Assembly: GCF_001194135.2 (NCBI RefSeq)
Contig: NC_068988.1
Span: 72,253,306-72,317,305, forward strand
Direction: 5' to 3'
DNA length: 64,000 nucleotides
Origin: Octopus bimaculoides
Lineage: Eukaryota
Positions 12,993 to 27,997 of the stretch are shown here, one piece after another; the stretch's first letter is position 1; every line of letters begins with the position of its first letter. The notes below the pieces were generated by a model that saw nothing but the letters and a program-made list of their open reading frames with translations, made no database searches and was not told the DNA's origin. The translations under genes and the position numbers were made by a program.

Positions 12993-14764
12993 GATGTGTG
13001 AGAGGTAAATGTTTAACTTCGAAATAAAGAAATTATTATGGAAAAGGAGGAGATAGGGAAATTAGAGGGAATTATAAGAATGAAAGTAGAAATAACATAA
13101 AATCTTGTCGTTGCAGTTCGATTATTCGAATAAAGTGGTGCATAGAAGTGGTTAAAAAGTTTCCTGTACATGGTAAGTTCCGATAGAAGTTCGTGTTTTG
13201 TCATTTCAAAGTATGGAACCATGGATTCTGTGTTGCCCATTCGAAGGGCTTTTGTGGTGTGAATGAAATTTGTGAGTGTATTGGTAGTATTTGTGGATAG
13301 ATGGGGGCGGGGAGAGGTGTATGATTAGAATGAGGAGATAGGTCAAAATGAAGAAAGGAAGGGAAAATGAGAGGAAGAAAGAGAGAAGAAAAAAAGAGAA
13401 AAGAGTAATGATAATAAAAAGAGAGAGACTAGAAGTGGAAGAGAGAAGAAAAATGAAGAAACGGCAACAGAGGTGAGAAAAGGAGTGTTAGTTGGTGGTC
13501 AACATAATGTGACGGGAGGATAAGAGAGGAGTGAGTAGTAGTTGTTTTAGGAGTAAAATTTAAAGTGGAGGGAAGAATACCAAGGATGTCAAAATTTCTA
13601 TAAATAGACGTATGTGATAAGTTGGTGTGATAGGCAGGAATTAGAGAGGAGGAAAGAAGATATAATGACATACGTACGCTCGCACCCACATGTGTGCATA
13701 TGTATACATACATATACACACATACATACTTATATATACGTATGTATACACACGCACACATATATACATATACATACACGTGCATGCTCACACGCATCCA
13801 TAAAGTATTCATACACACATATGCGTGCACATACATATATATGCATACGCACATACAAGTGTGCTGGCGCACTCGTGCTCCCACAGTCACACGCACACGC
13901 GTATACAGGTACTTACGTATACTTATATACACATACACACTCATATATATTTGTATATACATATGCACGTATATATATACATACACACACGTTCATATGT
14001 GTGTGTGTGTGTGTGTGTGTGCGTGTGTACGCGCGCGCGTGTGTGTGTATATACACGTACATGTACCCACATACATATACATACATACATAAAAATGCAT
14101 GCACACACATTTACACACACACGTGTATCCGCTTGTATGTCCAAATATGTAGTATTAAATTACCGAGATCCTTAAAGTAAGATAGGGGAGTTAAAGAATT
14201 AAAGATGAAAAATTAAAATGGAGATAAGGGAAAGTTAAGTAGGGTTGTTGGGGATTACCTAAGGGATGTTGTGGATATATGCTGTGTGGTTATTTAGGTT
14301 GCATTTAGATTTGTGATAAAATTTGAAGGAATGAAAAACGCAGTGGTTGCATGTACCTAGGGCTTCATTATATTTATTTAGTAGTGTCGAAGAGTTGTGT
14401 TTTTCATATGTAGAATGCCTCTTTTAGGCATAACTTACAGGCTAAGCGTTATCCTTGGTATGGAAGCCCTGTATCTATTATGGACCATAACAAAATGCAG
14501 GGAATATTTCTATCTTTGAGATGATGTATGTGACTGGCGAGTGTTATGGATTTACTGTGTTTCTCGTATCTAAAAGAATCGAGATGAGCGGCATATAGCT
14601 GTTTAAAATTTATGATTGACTCTATATGTATAACTATAGAATTGTGTAATGTGTTGAGGATGGTGCATTTATAAATTACATTAAATCTTCTACAATGGGT
14701 TTATGGGGGGCAGATAGACCCAAGACGGCAGTTACAAGTGGGTGCATTTTGGGGATTATTTTAG

Positions 14765-14850
14765 AAGACATTTGCGCAAGGTACCCCGCAGCGGGACTGA
14801 ACCTGAAACCATGTGGTTGGTAAGCAAGCTACTTACCGCACAGCCACTCC
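14765..14850 (-). mobile_element. SINE family 1 head fragment
   Basis: Reverse complement reads GGAGTGGCTGTGCGGTAAGTAGCTTGCTTACCAACCACATGGTTTCAGGTTCAGTCCC, a tRNA-like head with A/B-box-like motifs. Confidence 0.8.
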
Positions 14851-15307
14851 TCAAGTTCTGGTAGAGTGTAAAGGTAAAGTATTTCCAGAGAAGCACTCAA
14901 CCCGAATACTGGGCTATCAACATAGTCGGGTTCCAGACCAACGCCAGAATTCTTCAAATGCAGAAAATCCTTGTTTCACGATGGATCACGCCATAATATG
15001 GGTTTAGCGAAGAGTAAATTATAATCCAAATAAGAAGACATCTTTAATGATTGGTTACAATTGTTTCTGTACCAAATCTACTTGCAACACCAGTTTACGC
15101 AAAAGTTCGAAATGAAAATTTACGTAATGTTAACGGTTTTAGACATTAGGGTAGCACTTCATCAGACTTGCATCAAAGGTGTGCTGTCACATTATGCGTC
15201 TTCCAGACATAGTTTTTAGCTTATATCGGGAATAAACAAAACAAAAAGCAAATAAAAGTGTGGTTATGGAATGAGTGAATAGGGTGGAGATCATGTGGGG
15301 CGGATAA

Positions 15308-15369
<62 letters not shown>

Positions 15370-16397
15370 CAGTAGTAGTAGTAGTTAAACATTAATAAAT
15401 TAGGTAGCGCCATATATAGCAAATCGCTGTATCTGGACGTACGATAGCGGTCGGTCATTGCAATGATTCCGCTAGTACCGAATTTCGTTTGATGGGTGAA
15501 AATTTATTTGACCACCAAACGAAGTACACCAGCGACGACGGAAAGGAAAGAAAACTATTAAATTGATCACTTTGACAATTGCCCGCGAATCAAATAATAA
15601 TAAGGATGCTCATGATGCTTGTGGTGGGGGAGTAGTGTGGTAAGTGACAGGATAACATAAATCACACCCTAGCTAACAGACCTACTCTGTGGCCTTAAAG
15701 TGTATAAGTAAGGGAAACGAGATGCAAAATGAAAAAGCGGCATTGCAAGCAGAGTTGGTACAAAAACAATTGTAACGAATCATTATAGATGTGTCAAAGA
15801 ATTTCTTTGTTTTCTTATTATTTGGATTATATATACTAAATGAATAAATATTCAAAAATATTTGTATAGATATTATTATTTATTACATACATACACACAT
15901 ACATACATACATACATACATACATACATACATACATACATACATACATACATACATACATACCAGAGGTGAGTCCAGGTCATCAGCGTCACGAGACACAT
16001 GCCTGCTCGAAGAATTTCACGTTTTTCTGCAATATTTCTAGCCCCAAGTGGCTTATTTTTTATATCTAGCACTTTGTCTTTCTCCATTTATAAGTTAAGG
16101 GTAAAAATAATGCACTGAAGGTCTCAATCAAGCGAACATTCAGTAAAATGGAAATTGAAGAAACAGTTAAGTCACGCGCGTCATTTCGTAAACGTATTGA
16201 ATTGGTAAAGAAAGCAAATGGCGGTCAAATTGAAGTGAAATAAGTTGACATAAACATAAAATTTGCAATGTTTGATTTTTCCGAGTTATACCAATTATAA
16301 TGAAGATATTTGAATGGTCCCGATTTACTTGTTACATTTTGCCTTAATATTTCAATCACAAAAATGTTGTTATCGTTGTTGTTGTTGTTTCGAACAG

Positions 16398-16494
16398 GCT
16401 GCTGAAATTTCGATGAGGAAACAGCGTATTTTGATTGGAAAGGCCAGAGAAGAATGCTTTGACAGTATCAATTCTGATCCTCCAAAATACACAA
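16398..16494 (+). CDS. GPCR exon A (ectodomain helix, Cys1)
   Basis: cag|GCTGCT...ACAA|gtgagt; AAEISMRKQRILIGKAREECFDSINSDPPKYT. The 5' boundary is uncertain (see findings). Confidence 0.8.
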
Positions 16495-19400
16495 GTGAGT
16501 AACCTTAACTTCATAGAAATTTTATAGTTTCATTGTAATGTCGAGAATGACCGCTAGCTGAAAGTACTGGGCTATTGTTGAGTCAACAGTTTATACACTG
16601 TAATTGATTCTGCTCTTTAAATCTGGATAAGATTTAGTCTATCCAAATCACTTCCTCTAAGCAGCTACAATCGACAATATAGTTTTCCGATAAGAGTTCC
16701 AGGGTCAATAAAAGTATAAGTTGTTCTCGCTACTTCCATGTGGACAATATAATCGATTATAAACAAAAGCAATAACAAATGACTGCCTCACAGTCGCGTT
16801 TTTGTTAACCCTGTATGTCTCTGTAAGAATTATCTTGATTAGTTAAATGAATGTATTAGTCCTACATAAATACAAACCGCTTATTTCTTTCATGACTAAA
16901 AGAATTTTTTTCTTTTTTTGTCTGTAGATGATAATTATAATTTGGTCTTTAGTTAGCCCTAATTAAGACTTATGACCAAAATCATTGCAAAAGTGACAAT
17001 CTCATCTTTGAGTATAAGTTGGTCTGCTTTGTTCAATGTAACATTTTCTTTAAAACTAAAGAATGGATTTTAAAGAGACTTGGCTGCTCTTTCTAGTAGG
17101 GCTGCTCCCTTGCCTAGCAGTTATTATTGTTGTTGATAAATATACTGAACTATTTATTTCGTTGCTGCACTAAAAATTAAATTGTAACATTTTCTTTTCA
17201 ACAGTACCACCTTCAGATATATATGTAATCATTTTTTAAATTTTTATTTTTATATTTTATCTTGTTTATTTTTGCCTGCTGTAATTCATCAATATGATAT
17301 TAAACTTACTCTATTCATTATCTGAAATATATTTTACGTTATTTAAGTACTTTTTTGTAGTTTCTTACGTTGATGAAATTAATGTGTGATGAACACACTA
17401 ACTTCATCAACTATCAACGAACGAAACCACTAAAAGCCCTTAAATAATGCAAAATGTATTTCAGACATGAACAGAATAAGTTCAGAAGATACAGTTTAAT
17501 GTGTCTAGAAAAACTGCCAATTTAAATGACCTTACTTCGTTACATAAATGTCTTTATAGAAAGCTAGTCAGAAAATTTTTAATCGACTTAGTCATGAAAA
17601 CTCATTATGAAAGCTTTTGGAATTCAGATCATATATACTCTCCATAATTTTATTTCATTTATTAATATTTCTTTCATATTTTCATGGCAAAACTATTGAA
17701 CAAATCTAATGAGAAACAGATCTCAGTTACTTCTTGTAACTGGAAATTATCTTGGAGAAATATATTAATCTTAAGAATTTAAGGTCAGGCTCCTCAACAT
17801 TTAGTTTGGCCTATATTGACTTGGTTCTTATTGTTTCTTAAACTGTATTTATTAAACTATGAATCAATTTTTATTAACTATTCAAACTTTTCAATAGATA
17901 TGTGTTCGCGTATATTCCATTGATATTAAGGAGTATCTTTAATCTGAATTGAGTTTGCGTTTTTGTAAGTAAAAACGAAAACTAGACATTAGTGATTCAG
18001 AATCATAGTAATACCTTTAAATGTTAATACATTAATATATTTTTAATCCGTTCTACTAGTAAACAGTTCAATTTATAATGGCTTATTCGTTGATTTAAAA
18101 AGGGTGACTAAATATCGAATTACATTATAGCAGTAAATTTCTGCATTTAAAGCATTTTTAATCAACAAATTTTAAACAAATTTTAATGATACTTGATCTT
18201 TTTTAAGGTGGTCTGTGGTGCAACCGGACATGGGATGGCATTGCATGTTGGACCGATACACACGCTTCAAGCACAGCTACACAAATTTGCCCTTCATATA
18301 TAATAGGGTTTAACAAATTCGGTAGGTCTATATATTACCTTTATTCATCTGTATTTTATAAATTAACGAACTAAGTGTAAAAAGACAATTATACTCGCAT
18401 TATATGTAGTCATTTATTACTATCAAATATTGTTTTTTCGCTTTATATTAAATATTCACACAAGAATAGCTATACACATATAATTATCGAGAAATAGAAA
18501 GCAAGCCTTCCTCATTTTCTTGATGGCATAGTTCGAAGTGTAACTTACATCACTCTATGTTTTCTTGGGATGAGATCAGACTGGTTATCTTACTAGAAAC
18601 TAAAAGTAAGATCTAAATAAAAGAGATTACTTGATTCTAACTTCGCCAGTGCTAAATGAGAGTCAGCAACTTGAAACTAGTCATCCATCTGTTGTTAGAT
18701 TTGCATATTGCATGTGTTCCCTAACGACTAGCATCATTATAAATACCTTCTTTTAAAGAAAGTTCATAGTGTCTTCAGATTAAAATCACCTTGGTAGTCT
18801 ATTATCTATATTAAATAACCAAGGTGAGGTGGCAGAATTGTTAGCACGCCGGGCAAAATGCTTAGTAGCATTTCGTCTGTCTTTACATTCTATGTTCAAA
18901 TTCCGCCGAACACTGGGGTTGATATAATCGACCTGCCCCTGCATCGAAATTGCTGGCCTTGTGCAAAATTTGAAACTATTTTGAATTACCAACAAATATT
19001 TTGTGATAATCTTAGAGTTGAACCGATGTCAGTAGCAGCCCAGGTATCAATAATTTGGATCAATTTTAAAAAAATATTACAGATCTTTCAGAAAATAGAA
19101 ACATTTTCTTACTTGGGATATGATTTTAATTTTTCAGAATATGCTTCCCGCAGGTGCACAGAAACGGGCGAATGGTTCCGTAGCCCGAAAACAAACAAGA
19201 GCTGGACGGATTACTCTCGTTGTATAACTCCAGTTGACACAGTGAGTTTTTGTTTATTGATGTTTTAATGAATTAAAAAAACGGATAGAGCACAGCCTTA
19301 TAAATTGAACGAAGAACCAGTTAATAGCAGAAAGAACGTTTCTTCTATCAGATCCACTTACAAGGTTTTAGCTGGAGATAACAGCTAATTTCCCCAGGGG

Positions 19401-22400
19401 CCACGCAGTCGGTCTGAACCCAGACAAACTTTTCTCCTGAACGGGGCGACAGTCCGCTGCAGGGTTATCCATTTGCAGCTGAGTGGACTGAGGCAACAGG
19501 AAGCGGAGTATTTTGCTCAATAACACAACGCACAGTCGGTCTGGAAATCAAAACCACGATCTCGGGTTCACGAGTGAAACACCCTAACTACGCACCTTTA
19601 CATATATATATATATATATATATAATGTGAAAACTCATGGTGTAGAGGTTAGGGTGTTTGGCTCACGATCAAAAAGTGATGAATTCACTTTTTGGACCGA
19701 GCAGCGTCTTGTGTCTGTAAGGCATTTCATTCACGATGCTTCAATCAACTCAGCTGTAAAGAGCACCAGCAAGGTACTGGTGCGGCTCCCCAGCTATCTC
19801 TCACGTGTGATCCTCGATGAGAAAGAATGTCTATAGCTGTCTGGGGTAATATGAAGTACATAAACAACTACCAAGTTATACTCGGTTACGAGTGACGGTC
19901 AGCTGCATTTTTAGACATCTCATAATATTAATATTGTCATATAGAAATCCTGAGGTGTTAAGAAAAGTAACTCAGAGTAGTAGGTGTGTTGACAATGTTA
20001 ATAAAGAAAATGAGAAAGAATTAAAATACTGCATGATTTACAGAGTTTGTTACTGGGGAGAGGAAAAGACATTCGCAGATATTACAAGAACAAGACACCG
20101 ACATGTGTGTAGTGCGGTGTGTATGTGTGTGTCTTTCTCTACCACTAAATTATTAATTTATAGTTATTATTTATATAAATTACCACGCAGTTCAGATTAC
20201 TTACGAACAGCGCCAATACACAATGAGATATCCATTAAAAATATAAGTAGTGAACTTATACTGAATAAAATATGTATATTATAATGAATTTGTCACCGTA
20301 AATGTTTTAGTTATAGAAAATGTCCCATAGTTAATATTGCTTAAAATATTAGCTATATACATTATTTTAACAATTTCAAAATAACTTTTATAGCTAAGAG
20401 AAGTAAGCTTGTTTCTCAAGGGCAATTGTAGCTCTTTCTATAACGTGTTCACGTCTTCGTGTAGAAATAAAAGCTACCAAGTCTTATTATAGAATAGGTG
20501 TATACACAAACTGTAATACAGAAAAAATAAAATTTCAAGAGAAATGGTTCTCTTTGAACTTCTAATAACCTTGGAATTCCCAGGGATCTTCCTGGTGTGT
20601 GTATGTATGCGCGCGCACACACTTTTCATATCAAATTCAATTTTTGATAGGTTTATTTAATTTGAATTTTTGGAATTCAAAAATTAAGAGTCCTTCAATA
20701 ATAGTCCACTATCAACGAGGCCGAAGGTGACGCGCTGACAGAATCAGTAGCGTGCCGAGAAAAATGCTTAGCGGTATTTCATCCACAGTTACGTTCTGAG
20801 TTCAAATTCCTCCGAGGTCGACTTTGCCTTTCAACCTTTCGGTGTCAATTAAATAATATACACGGTACGATATAGATACATAAAAACACAAAATCATCTC
20901 AAAAGGAATACATTAGGGAATTAATAAGAAACGTAAAATCAAAGGAGTACGCTCTTACCACAAAAGTTGTTGATAAGTGTGCAAGGCGTGGTGGTGGAAT
21001 GAACGTTTCTAGGAGAATGAGGGACAATCCCTTATAGTTCATTATCACGAACATCGCTTTGATAGATGAAGAAGTTGTTTGTTGTTTATGATGCATTATC
21101 TCTTTCCATAGCTCAGTATAGGAACTGAGCTCATTTACGCTCCTCATGTAATTTTTATGTTACGTTCATGATTAGGATCATTATCAGCAAAAAACTGCCA
21201 ACCTTCTTCTATAAGCATCAACCCTTTAGCAGTAATTTTTGTTGTCAGGTTAAGTGGCTAATCTGTACTCTCAGCTTGTCCTTTTTCTAAAAGCATCAGC
21301 TCCTTGTTAGATAAACTTTCTTCCTGGGTCTCTAGCAACTCGATCACATCATCCTCTATCCTCCAAATTAATGCAGAATTTCTGCTTGAGGAAAACTTGC
21401 AATGTCACAGATACAGTCTGGCCATATACGTTTCCAAGTACAATTTAAATTTGAAAGTTACACTTCAATCCCATGATTCAGTTATATTATCCACAGCATC
21501 CATTATGTTGAATTTCTTCCAAAAATCCCTAACTCTAGATTTATCTCCCTTGTCAATAGCTTTCATAAGTTGTTTACAAGTTCTTCTCAAGTAATATGCC
21601 TTGAAGTTAGCTATCACACCTTAATCCATTAGTTGGAGCAAAGAAGTTGTATTCTCGGGAATATATTCTACTCTTACATTACCATAAAGATCATTTATGT
21701 TCGCTAGGTGGTTTGATACATTGTCTAATAGAAACAATGCTTTGTTGGAAATACTGTGTCTGTCACAGTACCTTTCTACAGCAGGACAAAAACTGTTTGC
21801 AAAGCACTCTGAAAAGGTTCTCAGCCATTCATGCTTTCTTATTCGAAAGCCAAACCAGAGCTAGGTTAAACTTTGTGCAATCCTTGAAAGTCCTTGAATT
21901 TTTGGAGTGATGACGTGTACGGGCTTTAATTTCATATCACCAGCGGCAATTCCTCCAAAATAAGTGTCAAATGATTTTTGGAAGCTTTAAATTTTGGTGT
22001 TGATTTTTCTTCTCGAGAAATAAAACTTCTAGTCGGCATGCACTTCCAGAAAAGTGCAGTTTCATCAACGTTGTATACTGGTTCTGGTGTGTAGCCCCCC
22101 CCCCACACACACACACACTCAACAATCATTTTTTACAACTGGTCAAGATAATTAGTAGCCTCTGTATCAGCGCTCCCAGTTTCACCACTCATTTTTATGT
22201 GGTACAAATTCAAGCGCTCCTTAAACCTTTTAAATCAACCTTTACTAGTGAAAAGAGGTTTTCGTTAGAAGTTTCACTTTTTTTTTTTTTATCTATTTAT
22301 TTATTTATTTATTGCAAATCATCGTATAGGCAATTCGCTCCTTGCGCTTCTGACATAAGACATAAATACACACACACACACACACACACAGACATAATTA

Positions 22401-25400
22401 CACAGTATCACACGCTCGTGCTTGAACACACATACACTCATACACAAACACTCATACGCACAAACACTTACACACAAACTCATACACACAGACACACGCA
22501 CTTATGCACACACATGTGTTGGCGTAACATGCTGATATATGTTGGATTCAAAAGTTGGTGGGTTGATGGTGGGAATAATGTGGGGTGCACTAGTTTAGAT
22601 GTTAGTGGTAGTGGGCAGGTATTGTTGATGTTGCAGTGGTTATATTGTTCTTGTCAATTGTATTGTTGTGGCTGTTTAGTCTCGAGTCAATACTCATAGA
22701 CCTAGGATCAATGACATTTCATTTACCTATTAAAATACACTAGAATACCACATTACATGTTTTTATTTGAAACGGATTTGCATAGTTTTAAATTATGCAA
22801 TACAAGTTTCCGTAAGTCCAAAATTACAGACCATATCCCGAAATTAATGGTCACACTTTACAATTTCCGTGAGTGTGAAATCCTGTAACCTGAGGTAGCT
22901 GTAACGCGGGGAATACTTGTACTTTATCTTATACTAGAAAAATGGTTTCCGGTACATGTAATTGTTGTATTTTACGTGCTGAGTTTCACTCTAATATTTA
23001 TTTTATAATTTTTTCTTTTCAAATCTATAGGTATTGGCGCAGAATCATATCCACAATATTCTTGGCTTAACAAACTTTGGATATGTTGTGTCGTTGATCT
23101 CTCTCCTGGTAGCGATTGTGATAATGGTCTTTTGCAGGTGAACATTTTTCTCATATTTTACTTGATGTTTTATAATTCATAAACTGTAATAAAATACGTT
23201 GTAAATGTTACCTCTTTCGAGGGGTCTCACATCTCATTATTTGGTTAATGGGGCTACAAGCTACAGTAGCATCAACCCTTAAGGGTTAGTTACATTTGGT
23301 GGCAAATATACTTCACGATGTCGTGCGGCTACTGTTTATACTTCGCTAAGAGATTTATTATTGCTTGTTTCCACTTTTTCGAGATCAGTGACTTTTTGTC
23401 ACTGGAAAAAGTATATATATTTGCATCGAGAATCACTTCCTATCGCCAACCCGTGGTTGTCACACGCTGATGACGGGTCAATACCCAGAAACTCGGGTCT
23501 GTGTGTATCACATCAGGCTGGAGATGGGAACGATGACTTCCCTTTGCAAATACTGATAGGGCACAGATAGTGTGTCAATAGCCAGCTGGAGGAGATGTCT
23601 TCCTGAGACNNNNNNNNNNNNNNNTATATATATAGGTCTGTTGATGCAAACAGGAGCAATAGAACTCAAAACATGATTATATTTGTTGCTTTTTAATAAT
23701 CGGCGGAAGTTACATAGTAACTCAAGGTATCCTGCGTTAGCACTTATCAAGTGATAAGTGCCGAAGCGCAAAACTCTCGGCCCTTCAGTTACTATGTAAC
23801 ATCTGCCAATTATTAATAATATGTTTATGTGTGTGATGTGTATGTATGTATGTATTCTTAAAGCACCCAGTTACAATATCTAATTTTCATTAGATAATGA
23901 TTTCCCTTGCAGTTGAAAAGTTCATTACTTATATAATTGCACAGCAGTTATTCATTCTTGTAATAAAACAAATTTGATGTAAAAATAAGACATTATAATG
24001 ACAAATAAGATCATATATGCAATACTTAATTTGTCAGTTTAATAAGGCATCACTGTAAAACAAGAATTCAATTGACCACATGGCATTTGTTAAGTGCATA
24101 AAATCATGTTACACACAAGCAACACACTGGGGATTAATGAATCAACTATACACGCAGTACTAAAACTATGATTTTAGCAGAGTCAAAGGGAATTATATTT
24201 AATGGTTGTTACCGAGTACAATAAGCTATTGTCTCCACCTAGAGTTGAAAATTCTCCTTATGATGTCATCCATCATTATTTTTCCTTAACCTATTCCTTT
24301 CTCCGTGAATGTTTCATCACATCAGTTTCTGATCGTTATAATATTTATTCAGTTGTTTCCAATCAGTTCCTGGCGGAAAATTATAAGCCGAATATAATCT
24401 TCTAACATTATGCCTTTCTAAATGTATTTGATGTAAAGGCATGGATGGAAGTATAACCTCTAGCAAAGTGGTGAGTTTTAGAAACACCAAGAAACTAAAT
24501 CATAGAAAGTATCTCAGCATAATGTTTATTTATGCTATACGCTACTGACTGGGCAGAATCGAGATAACTCCTGGAAGAGAAAAATCAGATAACAATAATA
24601 TAAGAATAACAAATTCTGAAATTCAGAAGACATGCACTGTGCGTTAATAGGGAATATAGCAAAATAAGAGAATTAAGTTACACCTTTAACATACTGCAAT
24701 GGAAACAATATCTAGTTAATCTATAAATAGAGACTGGATATCTTTTCCTGTTTGCTTAGTTAACCGAGTTGCATTGATAACCTAAAGCTCTTTAACATAA
24801 TGAAACAAATTAATAAAGAATATCAAAATTACAAGAGATAAACGAAGTGACTGCAATAGTATAACTTTGGAATGTTAAAAAAACGTTCATCTTTTGAAAT
24901 GGATGTTCTACTAATTTCAGCTGTTATCGCTAAGCGATAACAGTTGAAATATCAAATGAACAATTGTAGATTATATCTGATTTTAACGATTTAGAAAGCT
25001 CCATTTTACATTAGTTAATACAGTTTATGAAAGACTCCACATGACTTTTACCTTATAAAACAAAGGAAAAGATCTTAGCGTAATATTTTGAATTACATTC
25101 TTATATTGGCAGATCAACATGCATTTTCAAATCCATATTCGACTTGTGTAACCATGGTTACTTTCAGATTTTCTATAGACGCCAACAGTGCATTCCACGA
25201 TTTGTAAGCAGTAGTTTAATGTGGGTTGAATTTGTGCTTCAAATGCTTTTAGGATTAGAGTATATCCAGTGTAGGAACAGGTTGATTTTCTAATACGTAA
25301 AATGTATTTTGGGGTTTTGCCTCTAGAATTGCTTAACTCAGAAAAAAAGTTTAATGGCAAGGATGCAGTTTTAGCAAAGCTATAAATATGTGGCGGGTTA

Positions 25401-27930
25401 ACAATATCATCAGCGACTACGGAGACAGAATAAGTGTAGCGGCATTGATGATTTAAGTATATGTTCTCCATTGAGACTTAGTAATATTTCAATATTATTA
25501 TTTTGTTTATAATTTAGTACTGTTGAAAGGTAGGCGAAATATAGCTAATTGACTAAGAGTTCGCTTTGCATTCAAACTTGGGTAAATGTCATTTTCTGTT
25601 ATATAGCTTCGGGTCAAGCCATATCTAACAAGATATGGATAGATAGAAACAATATTGAAACCTATCGAATGAATTGCATTCAGAATGTCAGTTCTCTGAA
25701 ATTCCATCCTAACTCATATCTGTACCGTAGGTATTAACTTTCAAAAGTACACGAGCACCGTTCTTAGAATCGTTCGGAGTTTACAGATATTTAATGTATT
25801 TCAATATGTAATCTATATCTATAAAAATTTGTAATAAAACACGTTCTTTTTTCCTTTTCCAGGAGATTCCATTACAAAAGCAATGTTCTTCATATCAATC
25901 TATTCCTGGCATTTTCTTGTCGGTCATTGTTTTCCGTTCTCAGACAGAACCTTTTCACTTACGGGTTCGCCATGTCCATTGACTTTCAGAAGAAAGGAGA
26001 CAAGGTTATTTTCAAAGACGGACCGGTAAGGAAACATTCTTTCCATTGCAGAAAAACGAATACTTACTACCCAGAAATAAGATACAAAATAAACTAGAGA
26101 TTATAGCTGGTTTGTGTCGATAAAAATCAGATGGAAAAATTGCCTGAGAGGTAGTTTGAGAAAAAATATGACAGGAAAGAAAAGTAGGATAGACGTAGAA
26201 GAAACACTTGAAAATACTTAGTCGTATGGTAATTTTCATTTTAATTGAAGAAACAAATGTTAATTATAAACTGATTTTTAATAAACTTTGTATAAAGTAC
26301 CACTTAAAACCACCACCATCTTTCAATAACGTATATACTAAATAGAAGATGTTTTAAAGTATTCGAATACTGGACGATTGAGATACCACCTTATATTTCG
26401 CACAAACAATATCCCAACTTCACACTGTTTTAGCAAGATTCTGCTTTTGTATTTATGAATCGATATAGATTTAGCTTTTTCTGATCAGTGCCACCGAGAC
26501 AAGGAAAGGTAGAGGAAATAAAACAGAAATTATATATAATCCTTTCTGGTTTTTATCTTTCCTCAGTCACCGTAATTTTTTCTTTTTCTCAATCGTGTAG
26601 CCACTAATGAAGGTTGGGCCTATGACACGTTACATGGCCTACAGATAAGTGGGATGATGAGAGGAAGGTATATTCAAGCCGGAATCCTAGTGCGGATGCT
26701 CGCAACAAACAGGACACCGTTAAAGGCATCCAAGATATCAGGTAGTGGTGTTAAACCGGGTGACGGCTTAAGTCTACCACTCAAGTAGACCAGTGCAAAA
26801 CTTAACACAGAATGCAAAAACCTCGAAGAAATACGAAGCCATCGATCCGACGTTCTTACAGTTCCGCCACTAGACGGCTTTGGATCGATAACGTTGGATT
26901 GATAACTTTTTTTTATTAAATTCAGAGCGCAGTGAGTAGGAACAAATTTCACAAAGCATTCTGGCCGACGTTGCTGACGACTCTACCGGTTCGACACCTA
27001 CCAACCACTTTTAAATATATATATACTTTTTCCTTTCAATTTCCTAATATGTATAGTGTGTAGGTGTATACATATATGATCAATTTTGTATTCTTCGTAC
27101 AAGTTTTGAATAACATTAGCCGGGTGAATCAGTGCATTATCGTCCTTGAAGATTGCGCCACCATCAGGGAACAACATTTGTAGCATAGGATAGATATAAG
27201 CAGCCGAAACACTCTAATAATCCTTGGCATAAATCCATATAGATAAGCTAAGTGGCCAAAAGAATTCCGTGATGTGGCCGTCCACATTTTCACAAGACAG
27301 CTTCACGATAAGGGCCAAACAGTTTGGCTTCTTTGGGTTGTCTGCCAGAGTAGGAAAAATGATGAATGGTGAGTCATCAGATGATACTGTTCTATTGGGA
27401 CATCTAATAGTCTTGACACTATTTTGTCCACTTGTCAGTGTTGATGAGGGACGGGAGAACTTTATCAATTGCAGCCCTTCCATTATATCCAACTTTATCG
27501 TTTCGGCTGACACTCTGTCGGCAAAGTGGGGTTCAGCTCAGTAATCACTTTGGCTGCCGTGGTTCAATGAATTTTCAATACAATATGTTTCACTATTCTG
27601 CGGTACCCCTCCGTCACTGTGAAATTATCGGACGCCACATCCAACAACATGGAGTACTACGTACACAAATACAACAATAAGAAATATATATGCAAACAAT
27701 GACCACAGACTAGGAACAAACAGATCAAAAGAACATAGGGTATAGGAACAATAACAAAAATAAACATAATAAGATCACAAAAACATGGATAGCGACCCCA
27801 ACAGTTATAATAGGATTCAAGCAAAAGCTAAAAAGAAATCTACAAAACAGGCTATAACATCAAGAACACTTCAGACACTACAAATCAACCGGAACATCGC
27901 AAAAACAAAAAGTAACTAAATAACTGCAAA

Positions 27931-27997
<67 letters not shown>

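Noticed and set aside
15140-15170. Minus-strand CTGATGA with a downstream AAAACCGTT (also a degenerate core at ~28970-29000)
   Set aside because: The GAAA core is mutated and stem II does not form; at best a dead hammerhead relic.
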